Position numbers and translations under genes: made by a program | Source: Thermoplasmatota archaeon | GTDB taxonomy: Archaea; Thermoplasmatota; Thermoplasmata; UBA10834 | Assembly: GCA_040751795.1 (NCBI GenBank) | Contig: JBFMHR010000002.1 | Span: 64,001-128,000 of the forward strand | Length of the DNA: 64,000 nt | Reading direction: 5' to 3' | Notes under the pieces: model-generated | Databases searched by the model: none | The model's input: the letters and a program-made list of their open reading frames with translations, nothing else | What the model was told of the DNA's origin: nothing | Shown: positions 37,202 to 47,595 of the stretch, piece after piece | How positions within the stretch are numbered: position 1 is the first letter of the stretch | How the letters are laid out: the number at the start of each line of letters is the position of its first letter

Positions 37202-38017
37202 GTGACCCATCAGAAGGTCATAGACCGGCTCGTCGCATTGGGCTTGACATCCTACGAGGCTAAAGTATTTTCCGCCCTCACGAGGCTCGGCGAGGCGGGC
37301 GTGGGGGAGATTCACGCAGTCGCGGAGGTCCCGCGGTCGGCCGTCTACGGCACCCTGGAGAAGCTGGAGCGCAGGGGCATAATAGAGACATCGACGGGGC
37401 GCCCCAAGAAGTTCAGGCCCCTCCCCCCGAAGGCAGCCGTGGCCAAGATAGAGTCAGAGGTCCTCGGCGCCGTCCGGGACGCCAGGGCGGGGCTCGAGGA
37501 GCTGGCCGCCGCGCCCCACAGGGACGCCTCGGACGTGCGCATCTGGATAGTCAGGGGCCGGTCGAGGATCCTCCAGAGGCTCAGGGAGATGGTCGGCTCC
37601 ACCCGCGAGGAGCTCATGGTCGCGGGGACGCCTGAGCATGTCCTCGAGTTCGCGGGGGTCTGGAGGGGGGCGAAGGCGAGGAGGGTCAAGGTCGCGTTCG
37701 CGTGCCTCGAGCCGGAGAAGCTGTCGCAGCTGGCCGGGGTCGGGGAGATAATACGGCCGAAGTACCACGTCCGGATCGAGGACGAGAACCCCCCGAAGGT
37801 GCTGTTCGTCCGGTCGGACAGGAGGACCATGCTCTTCGCGAGCGAGTACAGGGACGAGGCCAACGTGGAGGACCTGACGGCCTTCTGGACGGACGACTGG
37901 TCCCTCGTCAGGTTTCTCAACTACCTCACAGACGCCCTTTCCCCTCCGCAGAGGAAGCCACGGGCGGGCGGCAAGGTCCGGAAGCGCGCAGCCCCGGCCC
38001 GCGTCAGAGGGTCCTGA
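37202..38017 (+). CDS. TrmB family transcriptional regulator
   Basis: LGLTSYEAKVF, VPRSAVYGTLEKLERRG, GRPKKFRP; GTG start. Confidence 0.92.
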   Translation: MTHQKVIDRLVALGLTSYEAKVFSALTRLGEAGVGEIHAVAEVPRSAVYGTLEKLERRGIIETSTGRPKKFRPLPPKAAVAKIESEVLGAVRDARAGLEELAAAPHRDASDVRIWIVRGRSRILQRLREMVGSTREELMVAGTPEHVLEFAGVWRGAKARRVKVAFACLEPEKLSQLAGVGEIIRPKYHVRIEDENPPKVLFVRSDRRTMLFASEYRDEANVEDLTAFWTDDWSLVRFLNYLTDALSPPQRKPRAGGKVRKRAAPARVRGS

Positions 38018-39170
38018 CCTCCTCGTGGATGACGACGCCCTTCTCCCTCAGGCGCCGCATGAACTCCTCGGGGTCGAGCTGCTCGGGGATGACGATGCCC
38101 TTGTGCCCGACGAGGCCGTCCATGAGCATCTCCGTCGCGACGGCGCCGCCGGTGCCGACGAAGTACGCCCCGGCGTTGGTGCGGTGCAGCCTGTAGGCCT
38201 CCTCGTGGCTCATGACCGTCCAGACCCTCACGGCGGTCCTCGCCCCGTCCTTCTCGCCGCGCACGTCGACGACGAAGCCGGTGTCACCCCTGACCCTGTC
38301 TGCGAACTGGGACGGGGGCGGGAGCATCGCTGCCACCACGTCCAGCGGCCTGACCTGGACGCCCTTGACGTCCACGGGCTCCTTGCCCAGGAGCCCCCAC
38401 TTCCTGAAGGTCTCCGCGGCCTTCGCGAAGCGGTCGTCTATCCCGATGTTGAAGGAGGCGTTCCTCAGGGTGGGTATGCCCAGGGGCATGAAGTAGGTCT
38501 CGTCGTGGTTGGTGCTGTAGACCGGCAGCGAGCCCAGGGGCGGCGGGAAATCGTACACCCGCCGGGCGCTGAGGGGCGGGATGAACTCGATCCTCCCGTC
38601 GCGGAGGACCGCGGCGGGCACGCTGGTCTCGTCCAGGAGGTCCACGGGGGACCACAGCGAGAACGTCTCTATGCCGTCGACCGTGGCGGTGTCCCCGTCG
38701 AATATGTCGGCCTCGTCCGCCCTGTCCAGCAGGGAGGCGGCGTGCATCGCGAACGCGTCGGACATCCCGGGCTCCTCGCCCATGCCCACGAGTGCGGAGA
38801 TGCCCGCGTCCCTGCACATCGCGGAGTACCGGTCGAAGTCGGGGCCCGTGCTGTCGAAGGGCATCCCGAAGTCGACGTAGTCCGTGCCGGCCTCCGCGGC
38901 CAGCTCCATGACCATCCGGTTCATCCGCCAGGGCATCGTCGCGATGACGATGTCCCTCCCTTCCAGGAGGGCCCTCACCGCGGCCCTGTCCCTGCCGTCG
39001 ACGCGTACGACGGACACCCTGCCGGTCCCGGCCCTCGCCTTCATAGCCTCCGCCGCCTCCGTCCTCGCGTCGGCGAGAAGGAGGCTGTCGACCTTCCCGT
39101 TCCTGGCCAGGTGCTCCGCGCAGACTATGCCGCAGACCCCGCACCCGATCTGGACGACGTCCAACTTCAA
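38004..39170 (-). CDS. Saccharopine dehydrogenase / carboxynorspermidine dehydrogenase family
   Basis: IGCGVCG, DYVD, GMGEEPG, WSP..LLDE, HDE, G....PEQLDP; TTG start. Confidence 0.85.
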   Translation of the reverse strand: MKLDVVQIGCGVCGIVCAEHLARNGKVDSLLLADARTEAAEAMKARAGTGRVSVVRVDGRDRAAVRALLEGRDIVIATMPWRMNRMVMELAAEAGTDYVDFGMPFDSTGPDFDRYSAMCRDAGISALVGMGEEPGMSDAFAMHAASLLDRADEADIFDGDTATVDGIETFSLWSPVDLLDETSVPAAVLRDGRIEFIPPLSARRVYDFPPPLGSLPVYSTNHDETYFMPLGIPTLRNASFNIGIDDRFAKAAETFRKWGLLGKEPVDVKGVQVRPLDVVAAMLPPPSQFADRVRGDTGFVVDVRGEKDGARTAVRVWTVMSHEEAYRLHRTNAGAYFVGTGGAVATEMLMDGLVGHKGIVIPEQLDPEEFMRRLREKGVVIHEEVRTL

Positions 39171-39281
39171 CCCCTCCGAGGCCGGGAAGGGGCACGGTCT
39201 TACTTGTTACTTTTCGGCCCCCCGCGATGGCCCCGCAGGCTTCATAGGCGGCGACGTTCATCGCCCCGCGGTGAGGCACGG

Positions 39282-40058
39282 ATGACCGCTCAGGCACTCA
39301 TCGGACGGGAGGAGGTCCTCAGGGCGCTCCAGGAGTCGCTCGAGCCGCTGCCGTACGCGCACGCCCTCTGGGAGGGGGGCGCGATCGGCTACGGGAGGCT
39401 GGACGAGTGGTCGGACCTGGACCTGTACCTCCTGGTCGACGACGACAGGGTCGGCGAGGCCTTCGCAGCCGTAGAGAGGGCCCTCGGGGCCGCATCGCCG
39501 ATCGCCATCAAGTACGACATCGGCCAGACGCCCCACGAGGGCGTCCACCAGGCCTTCTACCGCCTCCGGGACACCAGCGAGTTCCTGCTGCTGGACTTCG
39601 CTGTCGTGACGATGGGCGCCCCGGACAAGTTCCTCGAGCCGACGATGCACGGGGAGCCCCGCTTCCTCTTCCGCAAGCTGGCGGAGATCGAGGTCCCGCC
39701 GCTCGACACGGCCGCCCTCGGGGAGAGGGTCCGGAAGCGCGTGGCCAGGCTGAGGCTCCGAATGGACGTGTTCCACGTGTTCGTCCAGAAGGAGGTCAAC
39801 CGGCGCCACATGATCGAGGCGGTGGACGCCTACAGGATCGTGGTCCTCGGCTCCCTCGTCGAGCTGCTCAGGATCAAGCACAACCCCGTGCACCACGAGT
39901 TCCAGACCAGGTACCTGTACAGCGAGCTGCCGCCCGATGTGGTCGGCAGGCTCGAGGGGCTCTTCCTCGTGGCGGACATGGACGACCTCGTGCGCAAGTA
40001 CGCGTCGGCGCGGTCATGGTTCGACGAGCTGCACGCCGAGCTCAGCGCGCCAGGATGA
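39282..40058 (+). CDS. Nucleotidyltransferase-domain protein
   Basis: WEGGAIGYGRLDEWSDLDL (GS..G..D.xSDxD pattern). Confidence 0.8.
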   Translation: MTAQALIGREEVLRALQESLEPLPYAHALWEGGAIGYGRLDEWSDLDLYLLVDDDRVGEAFAAVERALGAASPIAIKYDIGQTPHEGVHQAFYRLRDTSEFLLLDFAVVTMGAPDKFLEPTMHGEPRFLFRKLAEIEVPPLDTAALGERVRKRVARLRLRMDVFHVFVQKEVNRRHMIEAVDAYRIVVLGSLVELLRIKHNPVHHEFQTRYLYSELPPDVVGRLEGLFLVADMDDLVRKYASARSWFDELHAELSAPG

Positions 40059-40064
40059 GCCGCC

Positions 40065-40415
40065 CTACACCAGCGTGTCCCTGCTGAGGACCACCCTGCC
40101 GTCGACGACCGGGGTGCCCTCCTCGATGACGCGCCTCATCCTCCCGTTCGCCTGGTCCCTCGGCCCGCCGAACCTCCCGTCCGAGCAGACGACCCTGTGG
40201 CAGGGCACGACTGGCCACAGCGGGTTGTTGTGGAGGGCGTTGGCAACGGCCCTGCTGGCCTTGGGGTTCCCTATCGCCTTGGCGACCCTCCCGTATGTGC
40301 TGACCTTCCCCCTGGGTATCCTGAACGTGGCGAGGTAGACGGCCTTGTCGAAGTCGGACCAGCCGTCCAGGTACTCCCGTATGTCCTTCTCTGTCTTCAC
40401 GTCCTCCTTCCTCAT
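40065..40415 (-). CDS. ogt: Methylated-DNA-protein-cysteine methyltransferase (C-terminal domain only)
   Basis: IPRGKVSTYG, RAVANA, NP...VVPCHRVV. Confidence 0.92.
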   Translation of the reverse strand: MRKEDVKTEKDIREYLDGWSDFDKAVYLATFRIPRGKVSTYGRVAKAIGNPKASRAVANALHNNPLWPVVPCHRVVCSDGRFGGPRDQANGRMRRVIEEGTPVVDGRVVLSRDTLV

Positions 40416-40562
40416 GCTCTCCCTCAGGCGCCCCGGGCGGTCTTCGCCCGGCCGAGGCCGGATGGGGGAGAGCGGTAATGTCGTTATCGGGGAGGGGGAG
40501 GCGAAAGTGCCGCGGTCAATCCCGAAAGGGATATGAGGGCCGTCCCCGATGGCCGCCCCACC

Positions 40563-41585
40563 ATGGAACTCTCCGACTGGCTCGAGTGCCCCCACCTCGC
40601 GGCGGTACGCGCGAGGGTCCCCGGCCTCTCCTTCCGCCGCCTCAGGGGACCGTCCGAGGCCGCGGCCATGTCGAGGACGAGCCGCCTGAGCTGGGAGGCC
40701 GACGGGGTGGAGTGGATGGTCCGGCCCGAGGAGGTCCAGGAATGGCTGGAGGACAGGTCCGACCACGACCACATGTCGGACGTCCTGGTCATCGAGGGGG
40801 ACGGGGAGTTCGTCGGCTACTCCGAGCTGGTGTGGGACTCGGTGGACGCGGACCCGAAGTACCTCCGCCACAGCGTCTTCCTGCTGCCGGGGTGGCGCGG
40901 GAGGGGCATCAGGGAGGCGGTGTTCGACAGCAACGAGTCGAGGCTGCGCGAGATCGCCTCCGCGCTCCCGACCTCGGGTCGGTGCTACTTCAGGCTCTGG
41001 GCGAACGACGTCCCGAACGAGTGGAAGGCCAAGGTGGAGTCGTCCGGCTACACGCCCAGCTGGCACCTCCTCGAGATGGAGCGGAAGGGCCTGCAGTCGA
41101 TCGACGACGTGCCGGCGCCGGAGGGGCTGGACTACGGGCCGGTCCGCCCCGAGGAGTACCCCGCCATATGGGCCCTGTTCAGGGACTGCTTCTCGCAGGA
41201 GCAGTGGTCCTCGACCGAGAGGTGGTCGGAGGACGTCTACAGGGAGTGGCTCAGCTCCCCGAAGTTCACGCCCGAGCACTGGAGGGTCGCCCGCGCGGGC
41301 GGCGGGGTAGTGGGCGTGGTCGAGAACTCCGTCGACATGGGCGAGTGGTCCGCGCTCGGCAGGAAGGTCGCCCACAGCGAGCGGGTGTGCGTGAGGGAAG
41401 GTTGGCGCAGAAAGGGGATAACCACCTATCTCATGACCTCGTCATTGAAGCACTTGAGGGACATCGGCGTCGAGGAGGTCTCCCTCGACACCGAGGTCGA
41501 GAACAAGAGCAGGGCGATGAGGGTCTATCAGAAGGTCGGCTTCGCGACGAGGAGGACCTTCACGTTCTATGCGAAGCCGGTCTGA
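40563..41585 (+). CDS. Tandem GNAT acetyltransferase
   Basis: PGWRGRGI and VREGWRRKGI motif A; N...A..VYQKVGF. Confidence 0.85.
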   Translation: MELSDWLECPHLAAVRARVPGLSFRRLRGPSEAAAMSRTSRLSWEADGVEWMVRPEEVQEWLEDRSDHDHMSDVLVIEGDGEFVGYSELVWDSVDADPKYLRHSVFLLPGWRGRGIREAVFDSNESRLREIASALPTSGRCYFRLWANDVPNEWKAKVESSGYTPSWHLLEMERKGLQSIDDVPAPEGLDYGPVRPEEYPAIWALFRDCFSQEQWSSTERWSEDVYREWLSSPKFTPEHWRVARAGGGVVGVVENSVDMGEWSALGRKVAHSERVCVREGWRRKGITTYLMTSSLKHLRDIGVEEVSLDTEVENKSRAMRVYQKVGFATRRTFTFYAKPV

Positions 41586-41594
41586 CGGGGCCGC

Positions 41595-41828
41595 CTACCT
41601 GCGTGCCCTCTGCGCCTCGATCTCCTTCCTGCACTTGTCCGCGTACTTGCACCAGTCGAAGCAGCTGGGGGCCTTCGCCTTCGTGACCATCCCGCCGCAG
41701 TGGTAGCACCTGAGGTACGGCTCGTTGGTGAATATCTCGACCTCCCTCCCGCAGTGGGGGCACCTGAACACCTCGGGGACCGGCTCCGCGAACGGCCCCG
41801 CCCCGGGGCACCTGGTGAACATGTGCAC
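41595..41828 (-). CDS. Small Cys-rich zinc-ribbon protein
   Basis: CPG, CPHCG, CYHCG, SCFDWCKYADKC. Confidence 0.8.
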   Translation of the reverse strand: MHMFTRCPGAGPFAEPVPEVFRCPHCGREVEIFTNEPYLRCYHCGGMVTKAKAPSCFDWCKYADKCRKEIEAQRARR

Positions 41829-41955
41829 GCCGTCCTCCGGTGACCTCTAGGCGCCCCGGATACTCATAGCTGTCCCCTTAGGTGGAAGGGCCCCCAACCT
41901 TTAACCTCCCGGTGCGGATTCCCCGCCACCGCGCCAGCGCACGGAGGTCGGCCGA

Positions 41956-42837
41956 ATGGTCGTTGCGAAGGGTCTGCACATCGTCCGCATGGGGGAGCAC
42001 CACCTCGGGGAGGTCTTCTCGCTCATAGACCGCGAGAACTGGGGGTGGGAGCTCGCCGAGATACGGGCCATCCACCGGCTCGACCCTGGGAGCTCCGTCG
42101 TCGCGCTGGACGGGAGGGAGGTCGTGGGGCTCCTCACGTGCATCGACTACGGCAGCACGGCCTTCATTGTCCACATCATAGTGAGGGAGGGGTGGAGGGG
42201 CAAGGGCGTCGGCGTGCGCATGGTCCAGGAGGCGCTGGACGACCTCGACTCCCGCGGGATATCCACGGTGGAGCTGGACGCGAACCCCGAGGCCGCCGAT
42301 TTCTACGACCAGTTCTCCTTCAGGAGGGTCGAGGGGGTCTCGTTCATGGTCAGGGACCCGCCCCATGACGCGCTGCAAGTGGCAGCTGACACGGCCTCCT
42401 ACGCATGGCTGGGGCCCTCGGACATGCCCGCCGTCGCGGAGGCCACCTCCGCGGCGATGGGCCACAGGGGCGACGAGGTCCTCGCGGCCATGAGGAAGCT
42501 CCCGCCGGACCACGCCCTCTCCTCCGTCGGGCCAGGGCGCCCGCGGGACGTCATCGTCTCCAGGGCCGCCGTGGCCCTCAACGCCGCTGGGCCCTGGGTC
42601 ATGGAGCGCCCGACGGCGGCGCGCGCAGAGTCGATGATGAGGACGCTCGTCTCCGGGATGCCGGCGAAGAGGGTCGACCTCCTCGTCCCGGCGTCCAGCG
42701 AGCCGGCGGCCCAGGCTCTCGGGGCGTGCGGGTTCAGGCCCGCCAGGGACGGGATAGTCCGCATGGCTCGCTCCGCGGAGCCGGTGCGGAGGTTCCCGTC
42801 CTCGGTCCTGGCCGTGGGGCACCTCGGCCTGATCTGA
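41956..42837 (+). CDS. GNAT acetyltransferase (YitH-like two-domain)
   Basis: ENW, IVREGWRGKGVG, LDA, FYDQFSF, GPW. Confidence 0.82.
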   Translation: MVVAKGLHIVRMGEHHLGEVFSLIDRENWGWELAEIRAIHRLDPGSSVVALDGREVVGLLTCIDYGSTAFIVHIIVREGWRGKGVGVRMVQEALDDLDSRGISTVELDANPEAADFYDQFSFRRVEGVSFMVRDPPHDALQVAADTASYAWLGPSDMPAVAEATSAAMGHRGDEVLAAMRKLPPDHALSSVGPGRPRDVIVSRAAVALNAAGPWVMERPTAARAESMMRTLVSGMPAKRVDLLVPASSEPAAQALGACGFRPARDGIVRMARSAEPVRRFPSSVLAVGHLGLI

Positions 42838-42925
42838 CCTGTCTCGTGCGAGGTGCTAGCACGTCTTGTGCGCCCCGGCTGTAGCCCCATACTATTAATG
42901 CCCGAATATGTACATCATGAGGGCG

Positions 42926-44050
42926 ATGTTCCCGCAGCGAGTGGCATCACTGAAGGTGTCCGGGATAAGGAAGCTCTTCGAGGCCGCGCCCCCGGGCGCC
43001 ATCAACCTCGGCCTCGGCGAGCCCGACGTCCAGCCGCCCCAGGAGATGATAGACGCTTACAAGGCGGCGCTCGACGCCGGACACAACAAGTACGGCCCGA
43101 GCGCAGGCGTCAAGGAGCTCCGCGAGGCGATAGCCAAGAGCCTCAAGAGGTTCAGGAGGGACGTCGCCTACGAGAACATCATAGTCACCGCCGGCGCCAC
43201 GGAGGGCATGATGATAGCCTGCGAGACGATCGTGGACGAGGGGGACGAGGTCCTGGTGCCCAACCCTGGCTTCATCGTGTACGCCCCGGACGTCGCCCTG
43301 GCCGGCGGCCGCCCGGTGGAGTACTCCCTCCGCCACGAGAACGGCTTCCTTCCCCACATCGAGGAGGTCAAGTCCCTCATAACCCCCAGGACCAAGGCGA
43401 TCATCGTCAACTCCCCCTCGAACCCGACGGGGACCGTGTTCCCGAAGGAGGCGGTGAAGGCCATAGCGGACATAGCCACGGACAAGGGCCTCTACATCCT
43501 CTCTGACGAGGTCTACCACAACTTCGTCTACGAGGGGGAGCACTGCTCCTTCGCGCGCTTCCACGACGACACGGTCATAGTCGACTCGTTCTCCAAGACC
43601 TTCGCGGCGACCGGATGGAGGATAGGGTACGTCGCGACCTCCAAGGAGATCGTCCAGCAGCTCTCCAAGGTCCAGTACTACACCCTCGCCTGCCCGTCCA
43701 CCGCGACCCAGTACGCCGTCCTCGCCGGACTGAGGATGGAGACGCCGTACAGGAGGCAGCTGCTGGACCTCTTCAGGGGGAGGCGCGACATCGCCATGAG
43801 GAGGATGGCCCAGATCCCGGGCTTCTCCACGCCCCCGGTGACGGGCGCGTTCTACGTCTTCCCCAGGTACTCGCAGGGCATCGGCTCGGAGGACTTCGCC
43901 ATGCGCATCCTCAAGGCCGGGGTGATATGCGCGCCCGGCGCCGCCTTCGGCTCTCTCGGGGAGGGGCACCTGAGGTTCTCGTACGCCAACTCCGAGGAGA
44001 ACATCGAGAAGGGGATGGACATCGTCAGGGAAGTGGCCGCGGGCATCTGA
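42926..44050 (+). CDS. PLP-dependent class I/II aminotransferase (aspartate aminotransferase-like)
   Basis: NLGLGEPD, NSPSNPTG, SDEVY, SFSKTFAATGWRIG, GAFY, LRFSYA. Confidence 0.95.
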   Translation: MFPQRVASLKVSGIRKLFEAAPPGAINLGLGEPDVQPPQEMIDAYKAALDAGHNKYGPSAGVKELREAIAKSLKRFRRDVAYENIIVTAGATEGMMIACETIVDEGDEVLVPNPGFIVYAPDVALAGGRPVEYSLRHENGFLPHIEEVKSLITPRTKAIIVNSPSNPTGTVFPKEAVKAIADIATDKGLYILSDEVYHNFVYEGEHCSFARFHDDTVIVDSFSKTFAATGWRIGYVATSKEIVQQLSKVQYYTLACPSTATQYAVLAGLRMETPYRRQLLDLFRGRRDIAMRRMAQIPGFSTPPVTGAFYVFPRYSQGIGSEDFAMRILKAGVICAPGAAFGSLGEGHLRFSYANSEENIEKGMDIVREVAAGI

Positions 44051-44098
44051 CGCGCCCCCTCCAGTAGTTTTATATGGGTACCCATATCTTTAGGTCGC

Positions 44099-45691
44099 AT
44101 GCCGGACGAGGGCGCAGCGGCGGCCTCCGAATCCTCGAGGCTGATGAGCCCCAAGGCGGCCCTCTCCGTCGTCAACAACGTCGTCGGCGCCATACTCGGC
44201 ACGACCGCGCTGGTGTTCATAGCCCAGAACATGGGCCCCTCCGCCCTGGGGATACTCGGGTACGCGATGGCAGCGATCGGCGCCCTCAGCTTCCTCTCCG
44301 ACTTCGGCATGGGTTCGGTCCACAGGACGCACATAAAGCACTCGGCGGACGTGGGCAAGTGCATAGGCGCCTACGCCGCGATACGCCTCGTCCTCCTCGG
44401 CATATTCTCGGCCGTCACCCTGGTCATAATACAGCTCTGGAAGGACGGCTTCGTCGGGGCGGACATGCCCGACAACCAGGTCGTGCTGGGCCAGCTGGTC
44501 GACTCGATGTACATATTCCTGGTGTACTACGTCCTCCTGGGCATCAGCCAGGTCGCGACGCACACGTTCGACGCCCTCGACTCCATGGCGAAGGTGCACG
44601 TGCCCGCGCTGCTCGAGCTGGTGGTGAGGGTCTCCTTCGTCGTGTACGTGGCGACCTCGTCGCTGGCCGACACGGTGAACGGCCCGGCCCTCCTCGCGAC
44701 GGCCTACACGGCGGGCATGATCGCCTCCATACTGGTCGTCGCCATGCTGATGAGGTCCTACGAGATCTCCGTCCCGGACAGGTACATGGTGATGAGCTAC
44801 ATCAGGTCCCTGCTCCCGGTCTTCATAGTCTCCATGACCATCATACTCGACCTCTTCCTGGACAAGCTCGTCATAGGCTACTTCTGGGGCGAGGTGGAGC
44901 TCGGGCTGTACTTCGGCGTGCAGCGCATGGCCGTGTTCGTCGGGGTGTTCTCCCTCTCCGTCGCGACGCTCATCCTGCCCTCGGTGACGACCTACTTCAT
45001 CAAGAGGGACGTCGCCGCCAGCTGGGAGGTCGTGAACCAGGCCGAGAGGTACGTGTCCCTCGTCGTGGTCCCGACGGCTGCTTTCTACCTCCTGTACGGC
45101 TCGGACATCCTCCGGACGTTCCTCACGGACGACTTCGCCGCCGCCGTGAGGACGATGGACATGCTGGTGATATCGGCCACCGTCCTGGCGCTCGTCCTTC
45201 CCCTGAGGTCGGTCATCGTCGGCGTGGGGAAGCCGACCACCCTGTTCATGGTGAACGTCGGCGGCCTCACCATACAGATGGCCCTGATGCTCGTCCTCGT
45301 CCCTGACAGGCTGTTCGGGGTGGGCCTGCCCGGCATGAAGGGCCAGGGGGCCGCCGTCGCGCTGCTCGTCACCTCGGTCTACTACTTCTTCGTCCTCAGG
45401 TACATGGCGTGGAGGATCGGCAGGATCCTGCCCAACTCGCGCTCCTTCAAGCACCTGGTCAGCGCCATAGTGATGGTCGGCGCGATGTACGTCGTGGACT
45501 GGCTCGTGGTCCCGACGGTCGACTGGCTCGCCCTCCTGTTCCTCGCGGTGGTGGGGGTCGTGGCATACGGCGCCGCCGCCTACATCATGGGCGAGCTCGA
45601 CAGGGCGGACTACAGGTACTTCAGGTCCATGCTCAACCCGCAGGACACCTTCCAGTACGTGGTGAACGAGCTGGTCGGCAAGCGCGCCTGA
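44099..45691 (+). CDS. Wzx/MOP-family oligosaccharide flippase
   Basis: About 14 TM; SDFG, LDKLVIGYF, LGLY, G..GAA. Confidence 0.88.
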   Translation: MPDEGAAAASESSRLMSPKAALSVVNNVVGAILGTTALVFIAQNMGPSALGILGYAMAAIGALSFLSDFGMGSVHRTHIKHSADVGKCIGAYAAIRLVLLGIFSAVTLVIIQLWKDGFVGADMPDNQVVLGQLVDSMYIFLVYYVLLGISQVATHTFDALDSMAKVHVPALLELVVRVSFVVYVATSSLADTVNGPALLATAYTAGMIASILVVAMLMRSYEISVPDRYMVMSYIRSLLPVFIVSMTIILDLFLDKLVIGYFWGEVELGLYFGVQRMAVFVGVFSLSVATLILPSVTTYFIKRDVAASWEVVNQAERYVSLVVVPTAAFYLLYGSDILRTFLTDDFAAAVRTMDMLVISATVLALVLPLRSVIVGVGKPTTLFMVNVGGLTIQMALMLVLVPDRLFGVGLPGMKGQGAAVALLVTSVYYFFVLRYMAWRIGRILPNSRSFKHLVSAIVMVGAMYVVDWLVVPTVDWLALLFLAVVGVVAYGAAAYIMGELDRADYRYFRSMLNPQDTFQYVVNELVGKRA

Positions 45692-45740
45692 GCTTCGATT
45701 CGTTTATAGGCAGAGAGCCTGATTACCGCGCCGGTCCACG

Positions 45741-47012
45741 ATGTCGGAGACGACCATCATCATGCACGCCTCTGAGCTGGTCACGCTCAGGGGCCCGAAG
45801 CGGTACAGGGCGAAGTCGGAGATGTCCGAGCTGTCCATCATACCCGACGGAGCGGTCGTCGTCTCAGACGGGGCGATAGAGGACGTCGGCAGGACCGAGG
45901 CGGTGCTGAAGGAGCACGACGCGACCGGTGTCGAGCGCATCGACGCCACGGGGAAGGTGGTCATGCCCGGCCTCGTCGACCCGCACACCCACCTGGTCTT
46001 CGCCGGCTCCAGGGAGTTCGAGCTGGAGCTGAAGCTGAAGGGGAAGGGCTACCTCGAGATCCTCGCCGCCGGCGGCGGCATCCTGAGGACCGTGAGGGAC
46101 ACCAGGGCCGCCTCCGAGGAGGAGCTATTCGGCCAGGCCGCCCCCAGGCTCGAGTCGATGGTCGCCCACGGCTCGACGACTATCGAGGCCAAGTCCGGCT
46201 ACGGCCTGGACAGGGACGTGGAGATGAGGATCCTCAGGACCGTGAGGAGGCTCGACGAGGCGTACCCGGTCGACCTCGTCCCGACGTTCATGGGGGCCCA
46301 CGCGGTCCCGCCGGAGTTCCAGGGGCGCCCCGACGACTACGTCCGGTTCGTCGTCCAGGAGGTCCTGCCGGCGGTCTCGCGCGAGGGCCTTGCGAGGTTC
46401 TGCGACGTCTTCTGCGAGTCCGGCGTGTTCGACCAGTCGCAATCGAGGCAGGTGCTGGAGGCGGCGAAGGCCCTGGGCATGGGCGTCAAGGTCCACGCGG
46501 ACGAGTTCACGTCGTCGGGGGGCGCGGAGCTCGCGGCCGAGCTCGGCGCGGCCTCGGCCGACCACCTGGCCAGGCCATCGGACGACGGCCTCATGGCCAT
46601 GGCGAGGAAGGACATAGTCGGCGTCCTGCTCCCGGGGACGCCCTACACGTCCATGTCCGGCACGTACCCGGACGCGCGCAGGCTGATCGACATCGGCGTC
46701 CCGATCGCGCTGGGGACCGACCTCAACCCAAACTGCTGGAACGAGTCGATGCAGTTCACCATGAGCCTCGCGTGCTACAAGATGCGGATGACGCCGGCCG
46801 AGGCGCTGACGGCCTCCACCGTGAACGCCGCCGCCGCCCTCGGGCTGGAGAAGAAGATCGGGACGCTGGAGACCGGCAAGAGGGCGGACATCGTCGTCAT
46901 GGGCGTGCCATCTCACTCGATGATCCCGTGCAGGTTCGGGACGAACCTCTGCGAGCTCGTGATGAAGGACGGGAAGGTCGCCTGGAGGAAGGGCCCCGGG
47001 CCCAGGCTCTAG
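45741..47012 (+). CDS. hutI: Imidazolonepropionase
   Basis: PGLVDPHTHLVF, GGGI, EAKSGYGL, GAHAVP, DVFCE, HADE, SADHL, TDLNP. Confidence 0.95.
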   Translation: MSETTIIMHASELVTLRGPKRYRAKSEMSELSIIPDGAVVVSDGAIEDVGRTEAVLKEHDATGVERIDATGKVVMPGLVDPHTHLVFAGSREFELELKLKGKGYLEILAAGGGILRTVRDTRAASEEELFGQAAPRLESMVAHGSTTIEAKSGYGLDRDVEMRILRTVRRLDEAYPVDLVPTFMGAHAVPPEFQGRPDDYVRFVVQEVLPAVSREGLARFCDVFCESGVFDQSQSRQVLEAAKALGMGVKVHADEFTSSGGAELAAELGAASADHLARPSDDGLMAMARKDIVGVLLPGTPYTSMSGTYPDARRLIDIGVPIALGTDLNPNCWNESMQFTMSLACYKMRMTPAEALTASTVNAAAALGLEKKIGTLETGKRADIVVMGVPSHSMIPCRFGTNLCELVMKDGKVAWRKGPGPRL

Positions 47013-47461
47013 ATCCTCAGTATGATTATGCCGAGCACGACCGTGGCGATCCCGACCCACTCCTTCAGGCTCATCTGCTCCCTCAGTATCAGGAACGCCA
47101 GCATGGTCGTGAACACCGCGTTCGACGTGGCCACCGCCGCGGTCGCGCCGGTGCTCATGTCCGAGTGGGACATGGCATAGACGAACGAGAGGATGCCGAT
47201 GCCGAGGCACGCGCCGGCGGCGACAGGGTACACGATGTTGCTGCCGAGCGGCTCGATGCTGTCGGTGATCCAGAGGTACGCCAGGAGGCAGGCCCCGAGG
47301 CCGCCCATGGTGAGCCACATCACGGCGGTGAATATGTTGGGGTCGATCTCCAGGTTCTTCTCCCCGTACGCGATGAGGAAGTTGGTCGTGCCCCAGAGTA
47401 GGAATGTCCCGACTGCGAACATCAATGCCATAGAGGCCAAGGTCTTACGCTCCACGGACAC
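47009..47461 (-). CDS. Small EamA-like transporter (single repeat)
   Basis: Five TM, LWG, LAFLILREQMS..EWVGI. Confidence 0.8.
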   Translation of the reverse strand: MSVERKTLASMALMFAVGTFLLWGTTNFLIAYGEKNLEIDPNIFTAVMWLTMGGLGACLLAYLWITDSIEPLGSNIVYPVAAGACLGIGILSFVYAMSHSDMSTGATAAVATSNAVFTTMLAFLILREQMSLKEWVGIATVVLGIIILRI

Positions 47462-47595
47462 GGCCAGAATCGCCTGGATATAAATACATTTGCGGGAGAT
47501 GGCCAGGCCCTAGGTATGTATTTATCCACGCATGGGGATGCTCGCGGGAGCCGGCCCGGGCGGATGGCCCGACGCGCCGGCAGGTCGGTCCTCCG

